Shown: positions 36,773-46,376 of the stretch, in pieces | How positions within the stretch are numbered: the first letter of the stretch is position 1 | Layout: every line of letters starts with the position of its first letter | Origin: a virus | Direction: 5' to 3' (one strand) | DNA length: 64,000 nucleotides | IMG/VR virus record: IMGVR_UViG_3300028392_000036 | Location: 64,001-128,000 of that record | Notes under the pieces: model-generated | What the model was told of the DNA's origin: nothing | Databases searched by the model: none | Seen by the model: only the letters and a program-made list of their open reading frames with translations | Translations under genes and position numbers: made by a program

Positions 36773-37592
36773 ATTTGGAGACCTTGATTTTGAAAATGAT
36801 CAAGGTGCCGAAGTCTTGATTCTTGGCGGCGACATCTGTGTTGCTCACGACATTGCCCAACGTGATCCATATGGCGTTATGGGTCCAGAGTATCGTAGCA
36901 ATCGCTTTCACGATTTCTTCCAACGCTGTCATGATCGTTTTCCACACGTGATCTACATTGTGGGCAATCACGAATACTACAATGGTGACTTTGCCACTAG
37001 TTTTGCACACCTAAAGGATGTGCTGGGCTATTTGCCCAATTTGCACATTCTAGAAAAAGAGTCAATCATGATTGGTGACACCACATTCTTGTGTGGTACG
37101 CTATGGACCGACATGAATCGCGAAGATCCAGATACCTTGTATCGCATTCGCAGTTACATGAATGATTTTAAAATCATCCGGGACAGTCGTTATCCTGTGC
37201 ATTACAAAGACTCGGAAGGCAAACGACACACACGTGAGGGCCGATTCAGTCCTGAAGCCAGTGTGGAAGAGCACCGTGCCATGTTGAAATTTGTTGAAGA
37301 GTCAATTGCGTCCAATCCCACTGCTAAGTATGTGGTAGTTGGTCATCACTCGCCCAGCAGATCAAGTACTCACCCGCAGTATGCAGATCAAACCATGGTG
37401 AATGGTGCTTACAGTAGCAACTTGGATGAATTTATAATGGATCGTCCACAGATTAAACTTTGGACACATGGACATACTCACCATGAGTTTGACTACATGA
37501 TTGGCTCGTGCCGCGTGATGTGTAACCCACGCGGCTACGACGGATACGAGGAACAGGCAAGACAATGGAAACTGAAAACAGTAGATATTTGA
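36738..37592 (+). CDS. Calcineurin-like metallophosphoesterase
   Basis: SDVHLE, GGD, GNHE, TLWTD, HHSP, HGHTH and NPRGY. Confidence 0.9.
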   Translation: MKISLVSDVHLEFGDLDFENDQGAEVLILGGDICVAHDIAQRDPYGVMGPEYRSNRFHDFFQRCHDRFPHVIYIVGNHEYYNGDFATSFAHLKDVLGYLPNLHILEKESIMIGDTTFLCGTLWTDMNREDPDTLYRIRSYMNDFKIIRDSRYPVHYKDSEGKRHTREGRFSPEASVEEHRAMLKFVEESIASNPTAKYVVVGHHSPSRSSTHPQYADQTMVNGAYSSNLDEFIMDRPQIKLWTHGHTHHEFDYMIGSCRVMCNPRGYDGYEEQARQWKLKTVDI

Positions 37593-37771
37593 ATTGGTTC
37601 CGGTACAGTGGGATCAGTGTTATTTTTACACTGAACCCACTGCATTGGCGCTTGGTACCCGGTGCTAGACGTGAGCCCAACGATGGATGGCCCAGTCCCA
37701 ATGAACGCACTTGGAGCGTGAGTTGGTTGTTCTTGACCATACGTGGATGGATTGACAATGGAGATTGGTAA
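37565..37771 (+). CDS. Hypothetical protein
   Basis: ORF within a co-directional gene string. Confidence 0.55.
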   Translation: METENSRYLNWFRYSGISVIFTLNPLHWRLVPGARREPNDGWPSPNERTWSVSWLFLTIRGWIDNGDW

Positions 37772-37923
37772 TGCGAGAGTATGCAGAGTTGATCATACTT
37801 GCGGTGCTGATTGCATTGGCTGTGATCAACAACTGTGTAATGGGCCAAGACGGTGAACGTGCGGCACTGGATCAAATACGCAATTCAAGTGGATACTTAA
37901 TACGATATGGACAAACAAACTAA
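37771..37923 (+). CDS. 50-aa membrane protein (not in ORF track)
   Basis: TAATG coupling, GGAG upstream and a hydrophobic segment. Confidence 0.5.
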   Translation: MREYAELIILAVLIALAVINNCVMGQDGERAALDQIRNSSGYLIRYGQTN

Positions 37924-38179
37924 ACAACTAGCCGAACAAGCAGGTTTTGTACTGGATGAATTACCAGATACAGTATTACTTCCATTGGAGGAATTTGCCA
38001 AATTGTTACGAGGTGCTAATACTCGTGAAGTGATTGCATTGTGTGCCAACACAATCAACCGCAACCTCAATGAACAAAAACAAAAAACAAAACAACGTTG
38101 GGATATGGTAGAAGCCGCGGTAATAGTAACAGCATTAGTAGTCTGGGGTGCCTGGTGGTACACTCGGTTGCATAATTAA
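37907..38179 (+). CDS. Hypothetical protein with C-terminal TM helix
   Basis: ORF with hydrophobic C-terminus. Confidence 0.6.
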   Translation: MDKQTKQLAEQAGFVLDELPDTVLLPLEEFAKLLRGANTREVIALCANTINRNLNEQKQKTKQRWDMVEAAVIVTALVVWGAWWYTRLHN

Positions 38180-38189
38180 AGGGTCGGAC

Positions 38190-38903
38190 ATGAAAGTTTA
38201 TATTTCGAAATATCGAGATCACTGGATCTCACCTTACACTATATTGGACTATGTGTTCTTTTGGACTGACTGGTCCAAGTGCAGTCGAGACAAACGTATT
38301 CGCAGTCTTGAAGAAGAACGCACGTATGTAGAACATCCGGCCTGGGTAGAACGCTGGAGCGACCGCCTGGAACCCATTAGTCGTGCTATTCAATGGATAT
38401 TAGATCGTGTGCATCCAGCCATCAACCTTGTGAAAATTGATCGTTGGGATACCTGGAGCATGGACCATACCTTGAGTCCCATCATCTTGCCCATGCTCAA
38501 GCAACTGAAAACAACTCAGCACGGTGCAGGGTTTGTAGACGATGACGATGTACCAGAGGAACTAAAATCAACATCAGCCCCGCCAAAAGAGAACGAATGG
38601 GACACTGATGCCAATCACTTTGCTCGTTGGGAATATGTGCTGGATGAAATGATCTTTGCATTTGAGTGCAAAACAGATGACTCTTGGCAGGATGAGTTCT
38701 GTTCAGGCGAGATTGACATGCTATGGGTTCCTGTGGACAAAGACGGCAACGAAGTGCCCAAAGGTGAACACCGATACCATCAAATGAAAGACGGCCCCAA
38801 CAACACCTACAAATGCGATTATGAAGGTATGAAAGTGGTAGAAACACGTATACAAAACGGCTTCCGCTTGTTCGGTAGATACTACCAAAATCTTTGGGAT
38901 TGA
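38190..38903 (+). CDS. Hypothetical phage protein
   Basis: IDRWDTWSMDHTL..II.PML.QL and GFRLFG.YY.NLWD motifs. Confidence 0.7.
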   Translation: MKVYISKYRDHWISPYTILDYVFFWTDWSKCSRDKRIRSLEEERTYVEHPAWVERWSDRLEPISRAIQWILDRVHPAINLVKIDRWDTWSMDHTLSPIILPMLKQLKTTQHGAGFVDDDDVPEELKSTSAPPKENEWDTDANHFARWEYVLDEMIFAFECKTDDSWQDEFCSGEIDMLWVPVDKDGNEVPKGEHRYHQMKDGPNNTYKCDYEGMKVVETRIQNGFRLFGRYYQNLWD

Positions 38904-38904
38904 T

Positions 38905-39159
38905 ATGTCATTTAAACATCTGGTTAGAGACATGATGACCTACTCTGAAAACTTAGGCGTAGAATTTACTCCCAACTCAATACCCAGGAGCGACTACGAT
39001 GAGTGGCGAAAACAATACACCTGGGACGCTCTCCATGATCTACGCTATGGACAAAGTTTCTGCAACTACTTTGGCATCACAGATCAACGAATCTTCTTTG
39101 AGCGAAACTGGTTGGTTTGCGACACAGTAATTCAGCGAGAGTGGCTTGCAAGATCCTAA
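38905..39159 (+). CDS. Hypothetical protein
   Basis: ORF; RYGQSFCNYF. Confidence 0.6.
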   Translation: MSFKHLVRDMMTYSENLGVEFTPNSIPRSDYDEWRKQYTWDALHDLRYGQSFCNYFGITDQRIFFERNWLVCDTVIQREWLARS

Positions 39160-39388
39160 ATTTCCACATGGTGCATGTATTGACTGGGGGTATCGTATGG
39201 ACACCCAGTCGCAATGGGATGATGTGGCCATGTGGGGATTTGAAACATTTGGTCTCCCTGGTGAACGATATGTGACTGACATAAACATACACGACATGAC
39301 CTGGTGGTTTCGTAGTGAACAGGATCGCTTGGTGTTTGTACTACGCAATGGCCTGGCTCGATGTATACAGTTAGAGTTGACAACATAG
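39146..39388 (+). CDS. Small hypothetical protein (F..E/D....F.L family)
   Basis: W..ETFG.PG.RY...WWFRSEQD..VFVLR. Confidence 0.55.
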   Translation: MQDPKFPHGACIDWGYRMDTQSQWDDVAMWGFETFGLPGERYVTDINIHDMTWWFRSEQDRLVFVLRNGLARCIQLELTT

Positions 39389-39579
39389 AAGTTTTTGATG
39401 CTCTTGATCTAAAGAATCGATTGATCCAGGATGGCCTGGTTGCAGACCGAGATTTTGAGTGGGCTTGGATCACTGCCGAATATGATCAATTCACCGGATG
39501 GACCAGACAAAAACATGCTGAATTTCGATTTACGGATCCATCCTTGGCCACCTTCTATCAGTTGAAATGGTTGAGATAA
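39361..39579 (+). CDS. Small hypothetical protein (F.D....F..LKW family)
   Basis: C-terminal FRFTDPSLATFYQLKW. Confidence 0.6.
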   Translation: MYTVRVDNIEVFDALDLKNRLIQDGLVADRDFEWAWITAEYDQFTGWTRQKHAEFRFTDPSLATFYQLKWLR

Positions 39580-39588
39580 GTATTCTTG

Positions 39589-40386
39589 ATGTTCAAGAAA
39601 ATACTAATCACAATTGCATTGTGTGTGACTGTATCAGCCTATGCCGATAGTGTGTTGCTGTACAACCTAAGCCAAGATCGAACAGTGATGAGTCGTGATG
39701 CTGATCGAGTACGTAGTATTGCATCAATAACCAAGATCATGACTGCCATGGTTGCATTGGATTATGACAAGGATCTCAGTCGACGACTGATGTTGAGCAA
39801 AGTAGTTCGTGGCCATTTGCCCCAACAGGCGTACACCCGTGAACAACTGCTGAAAGCCATGCTGATCAATTCCGACAATGCGGCTGCCGAAACCATTGCT
39901 GAAGATTATCCCGGTGGTCGTAGTGCCTTTGTAGCCAGAATGAATATACAGGCTGATATATGGGGTATGAAAGATACCAACTTTGTTGATCCAAGTGGTC
40001 TGGGAGTATTCAATGTTAGCACGGTTCGGGACGTGGCCAACATGATGTCTACTGCCGCAGGCTACTGGTTTATTACCGAAGTTAGCAGTCAAAAACACAC
40101 GGCCATCGAAACCAGATACAAGAAGAAAATTAGAACCATACGTTTGCCGCATACATCAGGTCAATTGTTGTTTACATTTGATTCAGTGCTGGTCAGCAAA
40201 ACTGGACTAACTTCGTCAGCTGGTTGGTGTGTGGGTATGGTAGTGGAACAAAACAACCAAAAGTATGTAGTGGTCGTTCTAGGCAGCCGTGACAAACGCG
40301 AGCGATTGGAAACAGTCAAGAACATACGCTACAACCATATTGATGATGCAAATTTAAAGCACATACGATTTTCAACTAATTATTAG
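39589..40386 (+). CDS. Peptidase S11 D-alanyl-D-alanine endo/carboxypeptidase (PBP7/PbpG-like)
   Basis: Signal peptide; SxxK (ASITK), SxN (SDN) and KTG. Confidence 0.9.
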   Translation: MFKKILITIALCVTVSAYADSVLLYNLSQDRTVMSRDADRVRSIASITKIMTAMVALDYDKDLSRRLMLSKVVRGHLPQQAYTREQLLKAMLINSDNAAAETIAEDYPGGRSAFVARMNIQADIWGMKDTNFVDPSGLGVFNVSTVRDVANMMSTAAGYWFITEVSSQKHTAIETRYKKKIRTIRLPHTSGQLLFTFDSVLVSKTGLTSSAGWCVGMVVEQNNQKYVVVVLGSRDKRERLETVKNIRYNHIDDANLKHIRFSTNY

Positions 40387-40388
40387 TA

Positions 40389-40628
40389 ATGAAGCACACT
40401 CTTGATACGCCGTTTGAAATCCGACTGGGTGATAGTTTTAACTTTGCCCGAGAGATACACAAACCTTTTGGCGAATTAGATCGGGTACTGGCTTGGTGTA
40501 AGACCGAGCTGGTAGGCGAGTGGCGTTGGCAACTGGTAGATGTCAGCACAGACAAGCGTCCTGGCCGCTATATTTTCTACTTTGATTCAGAACGTGACTA
40601 CTTTGCTTTCACGCTGTATTGGCAGTAA
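40389..40628 (+). CDS. Small hypothetical protein (F.....D...F.L.W family)
   Basis: WC...WRW...YIFYFDSERDYFAFTLYW. Confidence 0.6.
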   Translation: MKHTLDTPFEIRLGDSFNFAREIHKPFGELDRVLAWCKTELVGEWRWQLVDVSTDKRPGRYIFYFDSERDYFAFTLYWQ

Positions 40629-40632
40629 TTTG

Positions 40633-41448
40633 TTATCGAACAGCGCCAGCGATGTCGGCTTTGCTGATGTTCCTAGCACCCATAACATCGTTGCCATATT
40701 CCGTCCAGTCCACTGCCTGCCAAGGTGCTAGATCACCCCGAACAAAAAAGAAACTGTTGGGATTGGCCAGTTCAAATCCTTGTGTGATGATTTGCCCAGC
40801 ACGTCGGCCCTTCATCCTGAATGCAAAGTCGGCATCAGCAGGATCACGCACAAACTCATATCGGCCACTGGGCTTGGGCGGCTGAATTTGAGGTCGCTTT
40901 ACTTCGGTCCTGCGCCAAATTTGTGCCACTGCCGGAACATCGTATCCGCGTCGTGGGCCCTCACTGGGCAGGTAAAAACTATTGCGTGGTAGCACGTATT
41001 CGTCCATGAGTTCAAAGTCGTCGTCCAATCTATTTTGTATGCTGGGTCTGCGAAATGTGCGCGGAACAATTTGTGCAATGAAATCTGCAAAGGTTGAGGC
41101 CTTGTTGAAGAACCGGATGGCCAGATCTGATCCACGACCAAACGGAGGATTTTGTATGACCATGAGCCCTGGTTGACGTTGGTGTTGTGCTGTGAAGAAG
41201 TCTTGTCGAGTAATCTTGGGACTCTTGGGATCCAAATCATACATTTCAATACCAGGAAAATAACGTGCCAGATCTTGATTGCCTGCGGCTGGTTCAATCA
41301 TGCGTGACACTGGCAAGCGGTGACTTTTGACCCAGTTGGCAAATTGTTCTGCCGCTTGCGGACGAGTAAAGAACTGATCGTGCTCTACACCAGCAGATTG
41401 TTTACGCTGTGCTTGGGTTTTTTCCGGGATAAATTCGTTGAAACGCAT
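40633..41448 (-). CDS. Amino (N6-adenine type) DNA methyltransferase
   Basis: DQFFT, motif I IEPAAG and motif IV NPPFG; ATG 4 nt after TAAATA. Confidence 0.8.
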   Translation of the reverse strand: MRFNEFIPEKTQAQRKQSAGVEHDQFFTRPQAAEQFANWVKSHRLPVSRMIEPAAGNQDLARYFPGIEMYDLDPKSPKITRQDFFTAQHQRQPGLMVIQNPPFGRGSDLAIRFFNKASTFADFIAQIVPRTFRRPSIQNRLDDDFELMDEYVLPRNSFYLPSEGPRRGYDVPAVAQIWRRTEVKRPQIQPPKPSGRYEFVRDPADADFAFRMKGRRAGQIITQGFELANPNSFFFVRGDLAPWQAVDWTEYGNDVMGARNISKADIAGAVR

Positions 41449-41461
41449 AGAGTATTTATTT

Positions 41462-41508
41462 GTAATACTTGAGTAGTACTTGACAAAAATACCCAATACC
41501 TGTATAAT
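41462..41508 (+). promoter_or_regulatory. Operator-like palindrome (copy 3) abutting a sigma70 consensus promoter
   Basis: GTAATAC-TTGA-GTAGTAC at 41462-41479, immediately followed by TTGACA-17bp-TATAAT. Confidence 0.75.
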
Positions 41509-41539
41509 GCAAGCATAGCAACTTTTAATAGGTGTCACT

Positions 41540-41776
41540 TTGAGCATAGAAATAAAAAATCTAACCCCCGAGCAAGTAGAAATGCTGGATGCTATGTGGG
41601 CCTGTGAATCAGCAGAAGAATACCTGGCATGGTATCACTTGCTGGACGCTGAAGATCAAGAACAGGCAGATCTACTGCAACGCATGATCATTCTTGAAAC
41701 CATGGATGAGATGTTGGAAGAAGTGAGTGATGGCTATGCTGAAATTAAAACCTATTTAAAAAAGTTTATGCTATGA
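41540..41776 (+). CDS. Acidic hypothetical protein
   Basis: ORF after a strong promoter. Confidence 0.6.
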   Translation: MSIEIKNLTPEQVEMLDAMWACESAEEYLAWYHLLDAEDQEQADLLQRMIILETMDEMLEEVSDGYAEIKTYLKKFML

Positions 41777-42105
41777 ACCATCACTTTGTTGTTGTGTGGG
41801 ATAACACTGGCCTAGAGTACATAGGTGACATTACTGCTGACGAAACGAATCGCAGTTGGTCGGCATTGCAAGGCAAACCTGTCGGTAGCGCCTTGCCAAA
41901 CCTCAATCACATGATACTTCGTGCTAGATACAATCCACAGCGCCACTATGAGATCTATCAGGTGGAAGCCACAGATGGTATCACTGCTGATGACATACGA
42001 GAAATGTTTACAGCCAGTCCACAAACAGCCGCGGACACAATCCGCAGACTCGGTCACTGCTACTTTAGTGACAGGGTCCAAGAAGACCGCGTGGTAATAC
42101 GTTGA
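41773..42105 (+). CDS. Hypothetical protein
   Basis: ATGA overlap; WD..GLE and RAR.NPQRHYEIY. Confidence 0.65.
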   Translation: MNHHFVVVWDNTGLEYIGDITADETNRSWSALQGKPVGSALPNLNHMILRARYNPQRHYEIYQVEATDGITADDIREMFTASPQTAADTIRRLGHCYFSDRVQEDRVVIR

Positions 42106-42254
42106 TGGACGAACTTAAAATACGGTTTGACGAGGATGAATGTAAGTACTATGTGTATTTCAACGGACCTTGGGGACAATGTGCCTATCAAAGCGATCCG
42201 TTTGACACACTAGAAGAAGCTGAAGCCTTCAAACAAGAACAGGAAAAACAATGA
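42105..42254 (+). CDS. 49-aa hypothetical protein (not in ORF track)
   Basis: TGATG and ATGA couplings at both ends. Confidence 0.55.
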   Translation: MDELKIRFDEDECKYYVYFNGPWGQCAYQSDPFDTLEEAEAFKQEQEKQ

Positions 42255-43189
42255 TTACAACAATTAATGGCGATATGTTAGAGGTAGCGGATCAAATTAC
42301 AGACGGATCCATTGACCTACTGCTGACAGATCCACCTTACAACATCAGTGAGGACGGAGCCCAGCCAGTGTGGATTGACAAGGCCACTGGCAAAAACAAA
42401 ACAAACATACACAATCAAAAATTCAGCGAGAGTTTTGACCAGAACTGGGATGAAGTGGGACACGATGAGTTCTTGCAACAGATCAATGGCTGGGCTGAGG
42501 TTTGGTTCAAGAAAATCCGCAAAGGTGGAAGTTTTGCCATCTTTATCAGCGACCAGTATGTGAGCTATCTCTGGACTGCCATGGAGAACGCAGGATTTGA
42601 ACCCAAGCGTGTGTGGACCTGGAAGAAGCCAGCGGCAGTACCGTTCAACCGTCAGGTCAATCCTGTGAGTGCCTGTGAGTATGTGCTTTTTGGCATCAAG
42701 CCCAAGGGCCCTAGAACTTTTAATGCAAATGCCACCAAGGGTTCAATTGTGGAACGCTATGCATCAGCAGACAAGGTCAGTAGTATTGTTTACAAAATGG
42801 TCAAGGATGCCGACAGTCTCGATAACCTTGACAAGATCTTTGATGAGGCCAAGAAAGAAGCCAAACGTATGTTGGCTGATCGCAAGACTGAAGAAGGTTT
42901 AATACAATGTGTGATTCCAAACACCATCACCTACAGTGGTGGTCTGGGCAAGGGCAAGATACATCCTACACAAAAGCCCACTGAGATCTTGGAGTACTTT
43001 ATTGAGTTGTTGAGCAACCCAGGCAACACAGTACTAGATACATTTGCAGGCAGTGGCTCCACTGGTATCGCGTGTGAGAACCGAAATAGAAACTGTATTT
43101 TGATTGAACGTGATCCGGGTATGTTTGCAAAGATGCAAGCTCGAGTTGATGAAAAAACCGCACAATCCAACATAGTTGAGTTCATTTGA
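42251..43189 (+). CDS. Beta-class N4-C/N6-A DNA methyltransferase
   Basis: TDPPY, W.K, HPTQKP and VLDTFAGSGST. Confidence 0.93.
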   Translation: MITTINGDMLEVADQITDGSIDLLLTDPPYNISEDGAQPVWIDKATGKNKTNIHNQKFSESFDQNWDEVGHDEFLQQINGWAEVWFKKIRKGGSFAIFISDQYVSYLWTAMENAGFEPKRVWTWKKPAAVPFNRQVNPVSACEYVLFGIKPKGPRTFNANATKGSIVERYASADKVSSIVYKMVKDADSLDNLDKIFDEAKKEAKRMLADRKTEEGLIQCVIPNTITYSGGLGKGKIHPTQKPTEILEYFIELLSNPGNTVLDTFAGSGSTGIACENRNRNCILIERDPGMFAKMQARVDEKTAQSNIVEFI

Positions 43190-43214
43190 CCTAATTCAAT
43201 AAATTTGTTATAAT
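43186..43214 (+). promoter_or_regulatory. sigma70 promoter
   Basis: TTGACC-17bp-TATAAT with TG. Confidence 0.75.
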
Positions 43215-43243
43215 ACACTTATGTTTAATTTTTGGAGTACCGT

Positions 43244-44377
43244 ATGACCAAGGCTGTGACATCTAACCTAGTAGTAAATCCCTTTGCGCCACCACCTAAG
43301 ATTGTGCAAACCCCGTTGGTGTCAACTGGGAATATCTATGATCCATTGGTTCCCCGTGCAATGGCCATTGCCAATGAAGATGTGGTTCAAGAGGCTATAG
43401 ATGCTTTGCGTACCCGACTTCAAGGAACTCCATACCGTCAAGAACATTTTGGACGGCTTGAAGAGTTAGAATCCAATTTGATCGATATCAATATTGATAT
43501 TCAACGTCTATTAGAAACGCCACATATTGCAAAAAATATTATTGAGCTGTTTGATCCTCGAATCATGCAACCACTCAATGTTATTTTTATTAAAGAAACC
43601 GGACGCTACAGTGCCTGGGAGGGCCAACAAAGTGGCACAGCCTTTGCATTGATGATGCATTTTGGATTGATTACTCCTGACACCTTAATTCAATGTAAAG
43701 TGGTAGATGATGATCTTGTGGTACCTGGCTCAGACTTGGCTGGTGAGGCTGTGGGCAATTACGGATTTCGTTGTATCAATTACAAAGGGCGCAAGGAACC
43801 TGATTTATTTTGGATCTTTAGAAGTATGGTCAATGGTGTTCGGCTCTATAAAAGTACACTGACGGAAGATTTACAGGCCAACGAAATTCAAAATATGTTG
43901 CAAACTCACAGTATGTTTTCAGCACCCGGACTTGAAGCTCGCGGGCAAAAAGCCAAACCGGGTATGGTCACTCACATCAGCAGTATGTTAAACATAGCCG
44001 GACACGGTACCGAGTCAGAAAAATTTGATATAACCAAAGCAGATTTAGATTGGGTGCTAGGTTGGCACAATCGCTACTACGCCAGCGAAAAGGGTGTGAA
44101 CGGTGGTTATTTAATTACATTCGGACGTTTTGCCGCATTGTGTCGTGAGCAAGATATAGCAATTACCAAAGAACACGAGCTTGAGTTTTTCCAGCATATG
44201 AAACGCTACGGATCGCCAAAAGCATTCCACGATGATTGCAAGCAACGATACAAAAAAGTATATGGTGGATGGTCAGACGCTTGCCTATTACCAATCTGGC
44301 AGAAAGATTATATGAAACGTGGCGGCACCTTGCCATTACCAACTATCAAGAATTACAATGAATACAAATCTCTCTGA
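43244..44377 (+). CDS. ParB/Srx-superfamily (DGQHR-like) domain protein
   Basis: IDIQR...H....I...FDP....P..V......Y..WEGQQ; SD GGAG. Confidence 0.55.
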   Translation: MTKAVTSNLVVNPFAPPPKIVQTPLVSTGNIYDPLVPRAMAIANEDVVQEAIDALRTRLQGTPYRQEHFGRLEELESNLIDINIDIQRLLETPHIAKNIIELFDPRIMQPLNVIFIKETGRYSAWEGQQSGTAFALMMHFGLITPDTLIQCKVVDDDLVVPGSDLAGEAVGNYGFRCINYKGRKEPDLFWIFRSMVNGVRLYKSTLTEDLQANEIQNMLQTHSMFSAPGLEARGQKAKPGMVTHISSMLNIAGHGTESEKFDITKADLDWVLGWHNRYYASEKGVNGGYLITFGRFAALCREQDIAITKEHELEFFQHMKRYGSPKAFHDDCKQRYKKVYGGWSDACLLPIWQKDYMKRGGTLPLPTIKNYNEYKSL

Positions 44378-44720
44378 TTCATATCACTTTTATCTTTGGC
44401 GTCATCGCTACATAGATGACGATACTGAGGCCACAGTGACTCGAACTTGTTTTGGAATAACCTCCAATCTTGACAAGAGACAAAACGGATATGAAGGGCA
44501 CGTGGGACATCCTATCCGCTGGGCAGCCGTTTGGCAAGGCCCTGAAAGACAGATACGTGAATTAGAGCATCGTCTCAAAGCCGCTTTTAGAGACTATCTA
44601 TTTGCCGGCCACAATGACTTTGTTTACGAGTGGGTGGACGAGACTGTACCTTACGAAAGTGTAAGAAATTGGGTAGAATGGGAAGTTGAAAATACATTTG
44701 CTGATATAGGAAAACTATGA
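44358..44720 (+). CDS. GIY-YIG-like small protein
   Basis: FYL...FGITSN..KR..GY...ELE...EW. Confidence 0.45.
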   Translation: MNTNLSDSYHFYLWRHRYIDDDTEATVTRTCFGITSNLDKRQNGYEGHVGHPIRWAAVWQGPERQIRELEHRLKAAFRDYLFAGHNDFVYEWVDETVPYESVRNWVEWEVENTFADIGKL

Positions 44721-44971
44721 GCGTTTTACATTTCAAAGCCAGACCATGGACGGTGTTTGATCCTGCCAACAAAGAACACCGGCGTTGGTATAACCAGTTT
44801 GTAACACACGGTGGATGGGGGCAATGTCCTTACAGATTTATTGTGCCCGAAGACCACGGCGATTTGATTACCATGTGCCAACGCAGTCTAGTGCGGTTTT
44901 ATGTGGAGCACGAGTTTAAAATTGTTGTAAAAAAGCCACAAAAAAGAGCCCGGAAAAAAGTAATACGTTAG
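44717..44971 (+). CDS. Hypothetical protein
   Basis: FDPANKEHR and WGQCP.RF. Confidence 0.65.
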   Translation: MSVLHFKARPWTVFDPANKEHRRWYNQFVTHGGWGQCPYRFIVPEDHGDLITMCQRSLVRFYVEHEFKIVVKKPQKRARKKVIR

Positions 44972-44977
44972 TACTAC
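44960..44977. promoter_or_regulatory. 18-bp palindromic operator-like site (copy 4)
   Basis: GTAATAC-GTTA-GTACTAC. Confidence 0.55.
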
Positions 44978-45009
44978 AAAAGCCCTACTAACACTAGGGC
45001 TTTTCTTTT
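44978..45009 (+). terminator. Rho-independent terminator
   Basis: AAAAGCCCTA/TAGGGCTTTT stem followed by a T-rich tract. Confidence 0.8.
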
Positions 45010-45011
45010 GG

Positions 45012-45070
45012 TTGACCGAATATTCTCTTTTTGCTATAATACTTGTATAGAAACTAAAAAGGGGTTTGAA
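45012..45070 (+). promoter_or_regulatory. Early promoter/leader cassette type B (second copy)
   Basis: TTGACC-17bp-TATAAT-ACTTGTATAGAAACTAAAA. Confidence 0.8.
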
Positions 45071-45541
45071 ATGGGTACACGTAGTCGCATCGCAGTAATG
45101 CACGGAGAAGTTTGCAAATCAGTTTACTGTCATTGGGATGGCTATCTTGAGCATAACGGTGCCATTTTGTTGGAACATTATGACTCCTCCAAAGCCAATC
45201 AATTGGTTGCACTAGGTGACTTGTCAAGCCTGCGCCCTGAGATTGGTATCAAGCATCCTTTCAGTTGTTTGGATCCTGAGGCTGGTAGCGACTACGAACA
45301 ACGCTATGGCAACATGTGTACCTTTTACGATCGCGATCGCGGTGAGACAGAATGCACTTGGTCGGTAGATCACACGTTTGAAGACTTCCTGGACCGTGCC
45401 AAAGGTTGTGCCGCTGAGTTTTACTATGTGATGAAAGATGGTACATGGTATGTAGGCGACACTTACGGCTCAACGGCATTAAGTAATAAGTTAACACTTC
45501 TTGCAGAGGCCTTGCAGGCTGTAGAAACGGTTGACCAATAA
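45071..45541 (+). CDS. Hypothetical early phage protein
   Basis: MGTRSRI...YCHWDGY...G..L...Y...LGDLSSL motif. Confidence 0.75.
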   Translation: MGTRSRIAVMHGEVCKSVYCHWDGYLEHNGAILLEHYDSSKANQLVALGDLSSLRPEIGIKHPFSCLDPEAGSDYEQRYGNMCTFYDRDRGETECTWSVDHTFEDFLDRAKGCAAEFYYVMKDGTWYVGDTYGSTALSNKLTLLAEALQAVETVDQ

Positions 45542-45590
45542 TCGCCAAACTGCTATAATATACACATAGATTAACAAAACAGGAGCCAGT
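45531..45590 (+). promoter_or_regulatory. Early promoter/leader cassette type A (second copy)
   Basis: TTGACC-17bp-TATAAT-ATACACATAGATTAACAAAACAGGAG. Confidence 0.8.
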
Positions 45591-46367
45591 ATGCCAGGAT
45601 TTGTAGACGTATCAAATATGACAGCCCGTGAAATTCGCATGATGGACCATGCGGCTGACGCTGACGAATCATATCAGCCACGCCAAACTTGGAAACCCAA
45701 GGCCCGGCCTGCAAGTGTTGCTCACTCTGTGGACAATGTTTGGGGCGCGGCAGTGGCGTCACAACGCATCAATGGCTCTTATGTTAAAGAGACTACTTAT
45801 ATCTTGGACACGGACCAGAACGTCAGTGTGGTAGACAAACGTCGCAACCGCGATATCATTGCAGACATTCTCGCCAACCCTGCTCAACTCACTGTGGAAG
45901 ATATTGCACAGGGCCAGGAGTGCCGCAAGTTCCTGCAAAACGACATTACCTTCCGTGCGCTCAAAGGTCGACTCACAGAGTTTGACAGTGCCATAAGCAA
46001 GGTGATTGCTGTGACTGAAGAGTTTGATACTGTGAAACACAAATACGAATTGGCTGTGGTTGCGTGTCTGCCACAAAGCCATACTCGTGCCTTGGAGCGT
46101 CAGACCGTGCAAGATCGAGTGCGCCAAACATCAGGCGAGTTCGTAGGTAATCCAGGCGACAAGGTTCAACTAGACGTTGAGATTATCAAATCAAATTTCA
46201 GTCAGCAGTGGAACACTTGGTATTCCACTGCCGTTACTCAAGACAATAGTGCTGTGTTTTTTGCCTATCGCCAGCAATTGTCTGTGGGTTCCAAACACAC
46301 TATCGCAGGAACCGTCAAGGCTCACAGAGACGGCTCCACTCAACTCAACCGTGTGAGCATTATCTAA
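45591..46367 (+). CDS. Hypothetical early protein with C-terminal OB-fold-like domain
   Basis: FVG..GDK...V......GTVKAH...TQLNRV. Confidence 0.65.
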   Translation: MPGFVDVSNMTAREIRMMDHAADADESYQPRQTWKPKARPASVAHSVDNVWGAAVASQRINGSYVKETTYILDTDQNVSVVDKRRNRDIIADILANPAQLTVEDIAQGQECRKFLQNDITFRALKGRLTEFDSAISKVIAVTEEFDTVKHKYELAVVACLPQSHTRALERQTVQDRVRQTSGEFVGNPGDKVQLDVEIIKSNFSQQWNTWYSTAVTQDNSAVFFAYRQQLSVGSKHTIAGTVKAHRDGSTQLNRVSII

Positions 46368-46376
46368 GGACACATC

